A stretch of DNA of 41,751 nt from Vulcanimicrobiota bacterium (lineage in GTDB: Bacteria; Vulcanimicrobiota; Vulcanimicrobiia; Vulcanimicrobiales; Vulcanimicrobiaceae): assembly GCA_014304965.1 (NCBI GenBank), contig JACRTZ010000207.1, positions 1 through 41,751 on the forward strand. The letters are read 5' to 3'. Made by a program: the position numbers and the translations under genes. How positions within the stretch are numbered: position 1 is the first letter of the stretch; each line of letters opens with the position of its first letter. Below are positions 7,202 through 15,845 of this stretch, piece by piece. The notes under the pieces are model-generated. The model made no database searches and was not told the origin of the DNA. It saw only the letters and a list, made by a program, of their open reading frames with translations.

Positions 7202-9636
7202 CGCACGGTAAAAGTCGTCGAAGATGCGCCGACCTCGCCGGCATCGGAAATCTTCAAGACCGACAGCACGTAGCGCCCCGGTTCGCGCGGCACCGGAATA
7301 TCGAATGTGCCGGCCTCGCTGCGCTGAACGCGCCACAGCATCGTGCGCGGCGCAGCCGCCCCGAGCGAGGGAACGTCGGTCGAGACTTTGCGCGGCGCTT
7401 CGGCTGCGAAGATGTCCGTGGCTTTGGAGCGCGCGGGCGCGACGTACGCGTGCCAGGCGGGATTTTCCGAGGCGGAGTTTTGCGACGTGGTGCCGCCGAC
7501 CGCTAGCACCGCCGGCGCATCGTCGAAAAACGCCGGGCCGCTTTCGCGGCCATCGGCGATGCGAATTGCGAGGGTCGCGCCGCCGCGATCCGCGCCGTCC
7601 CGCACCGTCGCGCGCGCGCTTTCACCCTGCGCGAAGATCGCGCGGTCGAGCGACAATTCCGTCGCTCGCGGATGCCCGGGACCATCCACGCGAACTTCGG
7701 CCGTGCCGACGACGATCGCGCCGTCCCGCACCGTCGCGATCGCAACGCGGACGGCGCCCTGTGGATCGCCGAGGTCGAGCGAGGTCGCGACTTGACCGCG
7801 CACGCCCGCCAGTAAACGCGTTTGATAGATGCGCGCGCCCTCGAGCGTCACGAGCGCATCGCCGACGGCATTCGGCAGGTTCGCGCGAATGCCGACCTTC
7901 TCGCCCGTCTTGTAGCGCGGCCGATCTAAGCTGACCGGAAAAGTCGCGGTGTCGGCCGGCCGCATCGCGGAAAGCGCCCGCGGCTCGACGAGCACCGAGG
8001 CCGCATCCGAAGCTCTACGACCGTCTACCTCACTCTCGGCTAGCGCCAAGTTCGCGCCGAGGCTCGGCTGACGGAAAACGACGCGCGCGCGCCCGCGCGC
8101 GTCCAAAACGAACGTTTGCGCCTGCATGTTGGAGGCGTGCGACAAACGCACCGTAACGTACTGATTTGCAGCCGGCGCCCCGTCCGTTGCGTCGAAGCCG
8201 CGCAGTTCGAATGCGACCGGTTGACCCGTATCCACCGTTTGCGTCTCAGGTTCGAGCGAAAGCGCGATGCGCGTTGAGGGGATCGCGATGCGCGTCGTCG
8301 CCGACGCGCCGCTCGCTACCGCGCGCACGCCGTACGTCGAATCGAGCCCGTCGTTCGGGGCTCGCAGCGTTACGCGCGCACGACCATCGGCGGCGGTCGC
8401 GAGACGGGCGCGGTAGACCACCGTCGTCCCCCAGCGCGGCGCATCTTCGCTCGCCCCCGGCGGCACGATGTGCGGCGTCCGCACGACTTCGACGTCGACT
8501 TGCGTCCCCGGTGCGGGTTCGTTCTTACGCGTCGCGCTGATGACGAGCGGGACGTCGCGATCCGCCGCGCACGGACAGGTCGCAGAAATGGAGAGCGCGA
8601 TGTCGCCGGCAGCGTCCACGTGAACGCTCGTCCCGCCCACGCCGCCTGCGGCGCTCGCGAGCAATGCGTAATCGCCGTCGGCGACCGATGCCGGTACGTC
8701 GAGTTCGCCGTTGAAGGCACCGGCCGCATCGAGGTGCGCGCTCGTGCTCGCAAGCGTACGGCCGCGATCGATCATCGTCACCCGCACGTCCCCGCTCATC
8801 ATCTTCCACACGTCCGCGGTCCGCCGCCGAGCGAAGCCCGCAAATCGCACGCTCGTGCCGGCCCGGACGACGGCCGATTCGACGCGCATGCCGACGATCG
8901 CGTTGGGCAGCGGCGCTTGCGGAAGCATCGAAACGAACGCCCGGGCCGCCCCCTGCTCGGCGAGCGCAAACGTCGGCCGCGTCCGCAAATCGCGCCAAAC
9001 GACCAGCCCGCTCGCATCGGTGCGCCGATCGATCAACTGCGCGCCGACGAGGAATGAGACGTTTGCGCCCGACAACGCGCGTCCGCCCTGCAAGTCGACT
9101 GCCCACACGATCAGGCCTTCGGGGCTCTCCTTCGTAAGCAGACCGATGTGCGTGCGATTCAGCCACACCTGTTGGACGGCATCGCCGCGATGCGCTTCGA
9201 CGACGTAGAAGCCTTCTTGATTGCCGATCGGGACGTTGACGTCGCTCGACTGAAAGCGCAGACCCGCCGGCGGCGAGAACTTCCAGCGCGCCAGCGCTTT
9301 GCGTTTCGACGTGTCGATCGCGCGCGGCTGGCGGTTTTGGCCCGCCACGATAACGTCCGCCGGATCCACGGCGTAGACCGAAAAGTCCACCGGCGCGCCG
9401 GAATACGTATCCAGACGCACGTTGGCGGGCTTCCACGGCAAGCTGACGTCGCGCGCAAACAGCGCGAAGTACGCGTCCCATTGACCTTTGTCGAGCAACG
9501 GGCGAGCGGCAGAAACCGGCAGGCTCGCCGCGACGATTGCGACGAGCGCAAGCAGGCTCGCCCCGAGCCGCAGATTACGTCGGATCGTAGACGAGCTGGC
9601 CTTGCGTATTTTGGTAGACTTGGAATCCGGCAACAT
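7198..9636 (-). CDS. Secreted macroglobulin (MG)-domain protein, alpha-2-macroglobulin N-terminal-like, no thioester
   Basis: Signal peptide RRNLRLGASLLALVAIVAASLPVSA. Repeated beta-sandwich-like segments of about 100 aa. The pattern GFYVVEAHRGDAVQQVWLNRTHIGLLTK...LIVWAVDLQGGRALSGANV is typical of bacterial A2M MG1/MG2. No CxEQ thioester motif. 812 aa. The start could lie a little downstream of 9636. Confidence 0.65.
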   Translation of the reverse strand: MLPDSKSTKIRKASSSTIRRNLRLGASLLALVAIVAASLPVSAARPLLDKGQWDAYFALFARDVSLPWKPANVRLDTYSGAPVDFSVYAVDPADVIVAGQNRQPRAIDTSKRKALARWKFSPPAGLRFQSSDVNVPIGNQEGFYVVEAHRGDAVQQVWLNRTHIGLLTKESPEGLIVWAVDLQGGRALSGANVSFLVGAQLIDRRTDASGLVVWRDLRTRPTFALAEQGAARAFVSMLPQAPLPNAIVGMRVESAVVRAGTSVRFAGFARRRTADVWKMMSGDVRVTMIDRGRTLASTSAHLDAAGAFNGELDVPASVADGDYALLASAAGGVGGTSVHVDAAGDIALSISATCPCAADRDVPLVISATRKNEPAPGTQVDVEVVRTPHIVPPGASEDAPRWGTTVVYRARLATAADGRARVTLRAPNDGLDSTYGVRAVASGASATTRIAIPSTRIALSLEPETQTVDTGQPVAFELRGFDATDGAPAANQYVTVRLSHASNMQAQTFVLDARGRARVVFRQPSLGANLALAESEVDGRRASDAASVLVEPRALSAMRPADTATFPVSLDRPRYKTGEKVGIRANLPNAVGDALVTLEGARIYQTRLLAGVRGQVATSLDLGDPQGAVRVAIATVRDGAIVVGTAEVRVDGPGHPRATELSLDRAIFAQGESARATVRDGADRGGATLAIRIADGRESGPAFFDDAPAVLAVGGTTSQNSASENPAWHAYVAPARSKATDIFAAEAPRKVSTDVPSLGAAAPRTMLWRVQRSEAGTFDIPVPREPGRYVLSVLKISDAGEVGASSTTFTVR

Positions 9637-9991
9637 AGTCCCGCGATGCGCCTTTTTTCAGGATCTCGTCAGAGTTCGAAACCAAGCCCGCGAGGGCCGG
9701 GCTCCCGGTCGACATTCCCGTGTGCCGGATCTTTACCAAGTCTTCGAAGATGAAGTGATTGATTTGCGGGATGAAGTCGCGACCGAGATTGTTCGTATAC
9801 GTGAACTTAACGAGATAGATCAAGTCGCCTTGCACCGAGTTCGCTCCGGCCGAATAGATCGTGACCGAGTTGACGACGATGTCGGTGCTGCCGCGCACGA
9901 AACCCAAAGCGGGATCGCCCTTGGCGCCGGGATCTTTGCAACCCGCGAGCAGCGCCGCCGTCGCAGCGACGAGGAAAAGTTGACGCTTCAC
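9575..9991 (-). CDS. Hypothetical lipoprotein
   Basis: GTG at 9991 gives VKRQLFLVAATAALLAGC, with an LAGC lipobox. The rest is beta-rich. The 3' end overlaps the ATG of the MG-domain gene by 62 nt. Confidence 0.6.
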   Translation of the reverse strand: MKRQLFLVAATAALLAGCKDPGAKGDPALGFVRGSTDIVVNSVTIYSAGANSVQGDLIYLVKFTYTNNLGRDFIPQINHFIFEDLVKIRHTGMSTGSPALAGLVSNSDEILKKGASRDYVAGFQVYQNTQGQLVYDPT

Positions 9992-10050
9992 GGTGTCCGT
10001 GGTTCGGCGATGCCGCAGGCATCCCCCGCGGTTGCGGGAATCGATGACGC

Positions 10051-10584
10051 GTGAACGCTCGTCGCCGACGTACGACACGCGCGCTGCTCGCGCCGATCCT
10101 CGTTGCAGGCGTGCTGCCGTTCCTGGGGGCCGTGCCGAGCCCGACGCCTGAACCGATTCCGATCGTTGCCCCGGTGCTCGGCCCTGCCAAGGCCGGCTCG
10201 AAATCGGTCGACCTCAGCTCGTTCAAACCGAAGTATCCGACCAAAGTGCAGCATACGGAATTCGTGGTCGAGGTCAACGGCAAGGGTCAAGTGAGCCGCA
10301 TTCGTTCCGGTAAGCGTGCTTCGGACATCAACTTTTCGGCCATCACCTACGGCAACGCGATGCAGGTCTTCATTCGCAAGCCCAACGGCGACGCGATTTC
10401 CGGTTTGTACAAATTGGCGTACGACTACAACCCGAAAACGCAGCGCGTGCGTCGCACCGTGGAACTCGTCCGGGCGGGCGGCGTCAATGCCGCGGCCCCG
10501 GGGATCGTGGACGTGCTCGCCGAGCGCAACCGAAAAGGAGCGCAGCGCGCCAAACCGTCGCCGGCACCAACCACGAAGCAGTGA
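10051..10584 (+). CDS. Hypothetical secreted protein
   Basis: N-terminal signal (RRRRTTRALLAPILVAGVLPFLGA) followed by a Pro-rich linker. The C-terminal domain shows a weak TonB_C-like pattern (YPTKVQHTEFVVEVNGKGQV). Divergent from the lipoprotein gene. Confidence 0.55.
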   Translation: MNARRRRTTRALLAPILVAGVLPFLGAVPSPTPEPIPIVAPVLGPAKAGSKSVDLSSFKPKYPTKVQHTEFVVEVNGKGQVSRIRSGKRASDINFSAITYGNAMQVFIRKPNGDAISGLYKLAYDYNPKTQRVRRTVELVRAGGVNAAAPGIVDVLAERNRKGAQRAKPSPAPTTKQ

Positions 10585-10645
10585 CGGGCCCGAATTCGAT
10601 CCGCTCAAGTGGTGGCTGCGCAGCCGCGACGGGATCGATGACGTC

Positions 10646-10804
10646 GTGGATCGCGACGTGGCGCGAAGCTGCACGTCGAAAGACGGCTACCGCACCGAAG
10701 ATGAAGCGCGCGCGCACGCCGCGATGAACGGCATGTCGGGAAAACTTTTTGCGTATCGTTGCCACTACTGCGAGTTCTGGCACTTGACGCGGCGGCCGAC
10801 CTAA
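10646..10804 (+). CDS. Small Cys/His (zinc-ribbon-like) protein, start uncertain
   Basis: The C-terminus is YRTEDEARAHAA...FAYRCHYCEFWHLTRR, resembling small conserved R..eA......yrC..C..WHLt proteins. The stop TAA (10802-10804) overlaps the FAH ATG (10804) as TAATG. GTG at 10646 is the first canonical start after the upstream stop. Confidence 0.45.
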   Translation: MDRDVARSCTSKDGYRTEDEARAHAAMNGMSGKLFAYRCHYCEFWHLTRRPT

Positions 10805-11655
10805 TGCGGTACGCGATGTTCCGAAACGCCGACGGCCCGCGCGCCGCCATCGTGCGCCGGGACGAAGTCCATCCCTTCGCCGCAAGCGCCGGCAGCCTCG
10901 AGGCGATCGTTGCGCTGCCACGAGCCGCGCGCGAGGCGCTCGTAACCGAAGCCCCGCAGAAGCTCGCGGACGTAACGCTGCTCGCACCCCTGCGTCCGCG
11001 CAAGAACGTGTTCGCCGTCGGGCTCAACTACACGGGTCACGCCGACGAGATCGCGCGTGCGGCGGGCAAGCCGCCGCGCTATCCGAAGGTGCCGACGTTC
11101 TTTACGAAGGCGGCGACGTCGCTCGCCGATCCCGAGGCGACGCTGCACCTCAGCGCGGACGTTTCGCCGGAATACGATTGGGAGGCCGAACTCGCCATCG
11201 TCATCGGCGAACGCTGCCGCGACGTACCCCTCGAGCGCGCGCACGCGGTCGTCTTCGGCTATACCGCGCTCAATGACGTAACCGCGCGCGACCTCCAACG
11301 CGACCACGGACAATGGTTCAAGGGCAAGAGTCTCGACGAAACCTGCCCGCTCGGACCGTGGCTCGTCGATGCGGCCGAGATCGGCGACCCGCAAACGCTG
11401 GACGTCACCTTGCGCCTCAACGGCGAAGTCAAGCAACACGCTAGCACGTCCACGATGATTTTCAACGTCGCACAGATCGTCGCGTCGCTCTCGCGCGGCA
11501 TGACGCTCGAACCCGGCGACGTCATCGCAACCGGAACGCCGCATGGCGTGGGCTTCGCGCGAACGCCCCCGGAATTCTTACGCGATGGCGACGTGATGGA
11601 AGTCGAGATCTCGAAGATCGGGGTGCTGCGCAACCCGGTCGCCATTCGCCCCTAA
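10804..11655 (+). CDS. Fumarylacetoacetate hydrolase (FAH) family protein
   Basis: FAH-family motifs: VFAVGLNYTGHADE, DWEAELAIVIG, ALNDVTARDLQ, WFKGKSLDETCPLGPWLV, GDVIATGTPHGVG. Confidence 0.88.
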   Translation: MRYAMFRNADGPRAAIVRRDEVHPFAASAGSLEAIVALPRAAREALVTEAPQKLADVTLLAPLRPRKNVFAVGLNYTGHADEIARAAGKPPRYPKVPTFFTKAATSLADPEATLHLSADVSPEYDWEAELAIVIGERCRDVPLERAHAVVFGYTALNDVTARDLQRDHGQWFKGKSLDETCPLGPWLVDAAEIGDPQTLDVTLRLNGEVKQHASTSTMIFNVAQIVASLSRGMTLEPGDVIATGTPHGVGFARTPPEFLRDGDVMEVEISKIGVLRNPVAIRP

Positions 11656-13313
11656 CGCGGCGCCAGCGGTTCGAGGTAGAGCACGCGCTCGGCCGCGGCC
11701 GCATCTTCGAAGCGCACCGCCGAACGGAACTCGCCGCGCTGCCACGTCGCAAGCACGACGCGTCCGGCTTGGTTCGCAACGTCCAATTCGCTTGGCGCGC
11801 GCTCAGCAATGGCGAACGTGCGGCCTTCGATGACAACGCGGCCGCGCGCGCTCGGCGAACGTGCGAGGTCGGCGATGGCGGGTGCCGTGAGCGCTGCGGT
11901 CGCATAGGTCTTATCGATGCCGAAGTGGCGCGCGATGGCATTCGCAAAGTCGCCTTCTTGACAGCGCATAACGATCGGCAAGCGCGGATTGCGCGCGCGG
12001 GCGCCGAGCGCGACCTCGAGATTGTTGGTATCGCTGTTCGTCAACGCGACGAGCGCCAGCGCGTGGTCTAGACTGCACAAGTCGAGCGTCGTGTCTTGTG
12101 TCGCATCGCCCGTCAGCAGGTCGAAGTGCGCGTCGCGCGAGCGTTCGACGATTTCCGGCTTCGGATGCGCCTCGACCACGACGACCTTCAGTCGCGACGC
12201 GATCAGGTAGTCGATCACTCGCGACCCGACGTTGCCTGCGCCGCAGACGACGACGTGGCCGCGCCGCCGAACGTGCCGCAAACCTTGCACGGCGACCCAT
12301 TGCGCTTCGTTGACTTTGCCGCTGAGGATCGCGATGTAGATGCCCGTCATCGTGACGCCCGCCAGCATCAGGGCGATGGCGCCGGCGAGCGCGGGCGCGC
12401 CGCCCGCTTGCGGCGTTATGTCGCCGTAGCCCGTGGTCGTGATCGTTTCCACCACGTAGTACAGCGCCGCGAGTGGATCGAGTTTGAGGACCAGGGAGAA
12501 ATAGGCCGTGGCGGCCGCGACGATCGCGAGTGCCGCGGCCGCGGCGCGTTTGATCAGTGGATCGAGCCGCGCGAAGCCGCGCATGAGGTTCCGCGCAAAC
12601 TCGCGCGAACGCGTCGCCGCCCGGCGCTGCGATGCATCGAACACGTCGTCGGGCGGCCGCGACGCGATCGGACCGAACACGACCATCCGTCCGCCTGCAG
12701 GCAGCAGGCCGTCGTCGTCGCCCTCCAGCCGCCCGTCCACCGCGAGGATGCGCGCGCCGAGCCGGTGCTCGGCGTCTCTGCGCTTCATGCCGGCGACGCC
12801 GCCCCGCGCGATGCTGCGCACCGAAAAGCCGACCAGCGGACCGTCGATGTCGGGAAACTGCAAGCCATGAAAGCAGCCGCGATCCAGAGCCGCGGCGGCG
12901 TACGTGGCCGCCGAGTGCGCCGACAGCGAGAACACCGAACAGTTCGTCAGGTTCTCTTCGATCTTGCGGCCGAGGGTGCGGTTGAACTGCCGCAGCACGA
13001 TACGAATGTCGGGATTGAGATCGCGCGCTTTGAGCGCGACGTGCAGCGTCACGTGATCGTCGTTACTGAGGATCAAGATCGAAACGGCGCTGTCGACGCC
13101 CGCACGCCGCAACGACTCGGCGTCGTTTGGTTCTCGGCCGAGGAAGGCGGCTCCCAACGCCTCGAATTTTTCCTTCAGCTCCTGCGCGTGTTTCCAAAGC
13201 ACGGTCACGGCATAGGCATCGCGCGAAAGCAGTTCTTCGCACACGCGCAGCGCGAGTTCGTCGCCGCCGACGACGATGACCGGTTCGCTCGGCGCCACGC
13301 GAGGCTGCATCAT
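11652..13313 (-). CDS. Potassium channel with RCK/TrkA-N domains on both sides of the pore
   Basis: Selectivity filter VETITTTGYGDITP lies between two hydrophobic helices. The N-terminal Rossmann-like segment is VIVVGGDELALRV and the C-terminal one is HVVVCGAGNVGSRV. Confidence 0.85.
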   Translation of the reverse strand: MMQPRVAPSEPVIVVGGDELALRVCEELLSRDAYAVTVLWKHAQELKEKFEALGAAFLGREPNDAESLRRAGVDSAVSILILSNDDHVTLHVALKARDLNPDIRIVLRQFNRTLGRKIEENLTNCSVFSLSAHSAATYAAAALDRGCFHGLQFPDIDGPLVGFSVRSIARGGVAGMKRRDAEHRLGARILAVDGRLEGDDDGLLPAGGRMVVFGPIASRPPDDVFDASQRRAATRSREFARNLMRGFARLDPLIKRAAAAALAIVAAATAYFSLVLKLDPLAALYYVVETITTTGYGDITPQAGGAPALAGAIALMLAGVTMTGIYIAILSGKVNEAQWVAVQGLRHVRRRGHVVVCGAGNVGSRVIDYLIASRLKVVVVEAHPKPEIVERSRDAHFDLLTGDATQDTTLDLCSLDHALALVALTNSDTNNLEVALGARARNPRLPIVMRCQEGDFANAIARHFGIDKTYATAALTAPAIADLARSPSARGRVVIEGRTFAIAERAPSELDVANQAGRVVLATWQRGEFRSAVRFEDAAAAERVLYLEPLAPR

Positions 13314-13334
13314 GGTGATGGTGAAACTTCTCGC

Positions 13335-14327
13335 ATGACCCTATCGAATCCGCGAGCTGCCTTCGGACGTCGCACCTTCACGGCCGGAGCGCTGTCCGCG
13401 CTCGCGGCGGCGCTGGTGGCACGGCGCGCGCACGGCGCCGAAGGACGAGCCCTCAGCATCGGCTACGTGCCGTCCACGTTGTTCGCACCGGTGTTCTTGG
13501 CGATCGAACGCGGCTATCTGGGCGAGGCGGGATTCCGTCCCGTCGCGACGCCCGTCGTCGCGGGCCAAGACGCCTTGGCATTACTTGCGACGGGTCACCT
13601 CGACATGGTCGCGGCCGGCGTGTCCGCGGCGTTCTTCAACGGCGTCTCTCGCGGACTGGACATTCGGATCGTCGCCTCGACCGGCTACCAGCCGAAAAAG
13701 GGGCACCCATCGGCGCTCATGGTGCGAAAAGATCTCTACGATGCGGGACTGCGCTCGCCGCGCGATTTGCGCGGGAAGACGATCGCCTTCATTGGAGGAG
13801 CGGGCGCCACCGCCGGCTACTACGTCGCGCGCATCCTGCGGCGCGACGGTCTGCGGTTTTCCGACGTGCGCACGGTGAACATCTCGACGACGGATCAGGG
13901 CGTCGCCTTCGAACGCAAGGCGATCGATGCGGCGTTCACCTCGGCGCCGTCGACGCAAGCCTTCGAGGAGCGCGGCCTGGCAACGATCGTCGCCGGGCCG
14001 CCGCCGGGGATTTCGGCAACCGGCATTCTGTTCGGACCGACCTTGCTGCGCGAACTCAAAAGCGCAAGCTCCATTCTAGAAGCGTGCCGTCACGGGGCCG
14101 CAGACGTCGCCGGCGCCGGCTACACGCGTCCGGAAACGGTCGCAGCGTTCGTCAAATACACGAGCCAGCCCGCAGAGGTTATCACCCGCAGCGACCGGTA
14201 CGATTTCGCGCGGGACCTGCGCATCGATCAAACGACGATCGAAGACATGCAACGTGAATTCTTCGATGAGGGCGCCTTGACGTACAAAGAACCGTTGCCG
14301 CCGTCGCGCCTCGTCGCGCGCTTCTGA
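13335..14327 (+). CDS. ABC-type substrate-binding protein (NMT1/SsuA-TauA-like), Tat-like signal
   Basis: N-terminus MTLSNPRAAFGRRTFTAGALSALAAALVARRAHG. The periplasmic binding fold pattern is (L)SIGYVPSTLFAPVFLAIERGYL...GHLDMVAAG. Only the last 331 codons of the 743-aa track ORF are credible. Confidence 0.8.
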   Translation: MTLSNPRAAFGRRTFTAGALSALAAALVARRAHGAEGRALSIGYVPSTLFAPVFLAIERGYLGEAGFRPVATPVVAGQDALALLATGHLDMVAAGVSAAFFNGVSRGLDIRIVASTGYQPKKGHPSALMVRKDLYDAGLRSPRDLRGKTIAFIGGAGATAGYYVARILRRDGLRFSDVRTVNISTTDQGVAFERKAIDAAFTSAPSTQAFEERGLATIVAGPPPGISATGILFGPTLLRELKSASSILEACRHGAADVAGAGYTRPETVAAFVKYTSQPAEVITRSDRYDFARDLRIDQTTIEDMQREFFDEGALTYKEPLPPSRLVARF

Positions 14328-14397
14328 GCGCTTCGGCCGGCCCGCGCTCCAGGAGGCCTCCGAACGCGAGCGGTAAGCATCAGCCGAGGAGACATAG

Positions 14398-15537
14398 ATG
14401 ATCATTGGCGTGCCGGCCGAAACCGCACCCGGCGAACGGCGGGTAGCGCTCGTCCCCGAAACCGTTGCGCGGCTGCGCAAGTTGGGGATCGACGTCAGCG
14501 TACAGAGCGGCGCGGGCGTGCCCGCGGCATTCGTGGACGAAGCGTATCGCGATGCGGGCGCTACGCTCGCACCCGACGCCGAGAGCGTGTACGGCGCAGC
14601 CGACATGATCGTCAAGGTCCAAAAGCCGAGCGCGGCCGAGTTGGCCAGCATGCGCGAAGGCCAGGCATTGCTCGCCTTTCTTTCGCCGCTATCCGACCCG
14701 CAAGGCGTGCAGGGCTACGCGAGCCGTAAGCTCACGGCGCTTTCGATGGATGCGATACCGCGGATTACGCGGGCGCAAAGTATGGACGCGCTGTCGTCGC
14801 AGGCAAACATCGGCGGATACAAAGCGGTGATCCTGGCGGCCGATCGGCTGCCGCGCTTCTTCCCGATGCTCACGACCGCGGCCGGAACGATCCCGCCGGC
14901 GAAAGTGCTCGTGCTGGGCGCCGGCGTCGCCGGATTGCAAGCGCTCGCGACCGCACGCCGGCTGGGCGCAGTCGTGACGGGCTACGATACGCGCGCGGTC
15001 GTCAAAGAACAAGTGAAGTCGCTCGGCGCGTCGTTTCTCGAACTCGATCTCGGCGTCGACGCGCAGGGCGCCGGCGGATATGCGGTCGCACTCACCGCCG
15101 AACAAGAAGCCTTGCAGCAACGCCTGCTGGCGGACGCAATCGCGCCGCTCGACGTCGTCATCACGACCGCCGCAATTCCGGGCCGGCGCGCGCCGCTGCT
15201 CGTCACGGCCGACGCCGTCAGCCGGATGAAGGCGGGGTCCGTCGTCGTGGATCTCGCGGCCGAGGGCGGCGGTAACTGCGAATTGACGCAGCCGGGCGAG
15301 GTCGTGATCGCGCACGGCGTGACCATCGTCGGCACGACGAACCTTCCTTCGACGATGCCGTATCACGCGAGTCAATTGTATTCGCGTAACGTCTTCGCGC
15401 TCTTAGCCTTGCTCATCAAGGATGGAGCCTTGAACGTCGACCTTACCGACGAGATCGTCAAGGGAACGACGATTACCAAGGACGGCGAGATCCTCCACCC
15501 TCAGACCTTGGCCGCACTTGCGGGGAGCACAGCGTGA
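14398..15537 (+). CDS. pntAA: NAD(P) transhydrogenase subunit alpha part 1
   Basis: MIIGVPAETAPGERRVALVPE matches alanine dehydrogenase/PNT N-terminal domains. NAD-binding VLVLGAGVAGLQA is present. GAGGAG SD upstream. Confidence 0.93.
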   Translation: MIIGVPAETAPGERRVALVPETVARLRKLGIDVSVQSGAGVPAAFVDEAYRDAGATLAPDAESVYGAADMIVKVQKPSAAELASMREGQALLAFLSPLSDPQGVQGYASRKLTALSMDAIPRITRAQSMDALSSQANIGGYKAVILAADRLPRFFPMLTTAAGTIPPAKVLVLGAGVAGLQALATARRLGAVVTGYDTRAVVKEQVKSLGASFLELDLGVDAQGAGGYAVALTAEQEALQQRLLADAIAPLDVVITTAAIPGRRAPLLVTADAVSRMKAGSVVVDLAAEGGGNCELTQPGEVVIAHGVTIVGTTNLPSTMPYHASQLYSRNVFALLALLIKDGALNVDLTDEIVKGTTITKDGEILHPQTLAALAGSTA

Positions 15538-15845
15538 GCGCACACCTACTGACCGAACTGACCGTCTTTGTGCTGGCCGTTTTCGTCGGGCTCGAAGTGA
15601 TCTCGAAGGTTCCGACGACCTTACATACGCCGCTGATGTCGGCGACCAACGCCATTCACGGCATCGTCCTCGTCGGCGCGCTTCTGGTCGCGGTCGTCGC
15701 CGAACCGCGACTCGGGCTCGTGCCCTCGGTGCTGGTCGTGTTCCTCGCGTCGCTCAACGTCTTTGGAGGCTATGTCGTCACGCAGCGCATGCTCGCGATG
15801 TTCAAAGCTCGGACGCCGTCCAAAGACGGGGCGCCGAACCGATGA
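15534..15845 (+). CDS. pntAB: NAD(P) transhydrogenase subunit alpha part 2 (membrane)
   Basis: A hydrophobic 103-aa protein with the motif LHTPLMSATNAIHGIV. GTGA overlap with the pntAA stop. Confidence 0.9.
   Translation: MSAHLLTELTVFVLAVFVGLEVISKVPTTLHTPLMSATNAIHGIVLVGALLVAVVAEPRLGLVPSVLVVFLASLNVFGGYVVTQRMLAMFKARTPSKDGAPNR

Noticed and set aside
5499-7244. 581-aa and 276-aa alternate-frame ORFs inside polA, plus the plus-strand ORFs at 6092-7273
   Set aside because: These are extremely Arg-rich low-complexity translations that overlap a gene with clear Pol I motifs. They are high-GC artefacts.
7202-7336. 45-codon N-terminal extension of polA given in the ORF track (start at 7336)
   Set aside because: The extension overlaps the 3' end of the MG-domain gene. 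ATG 7201 forms an ATGA overlap with that gene's stop and sits just upstream of the conserved 5'-nuclease N-terminus.
12096-13334. First ~410 codons of the 743-aa plus-strand ORF
   Set aside because: This part is antisense to the K+ channel gene and Arg/Asp-rich. The credible SBP begins at ATG 13335 with a Tat-like signal.
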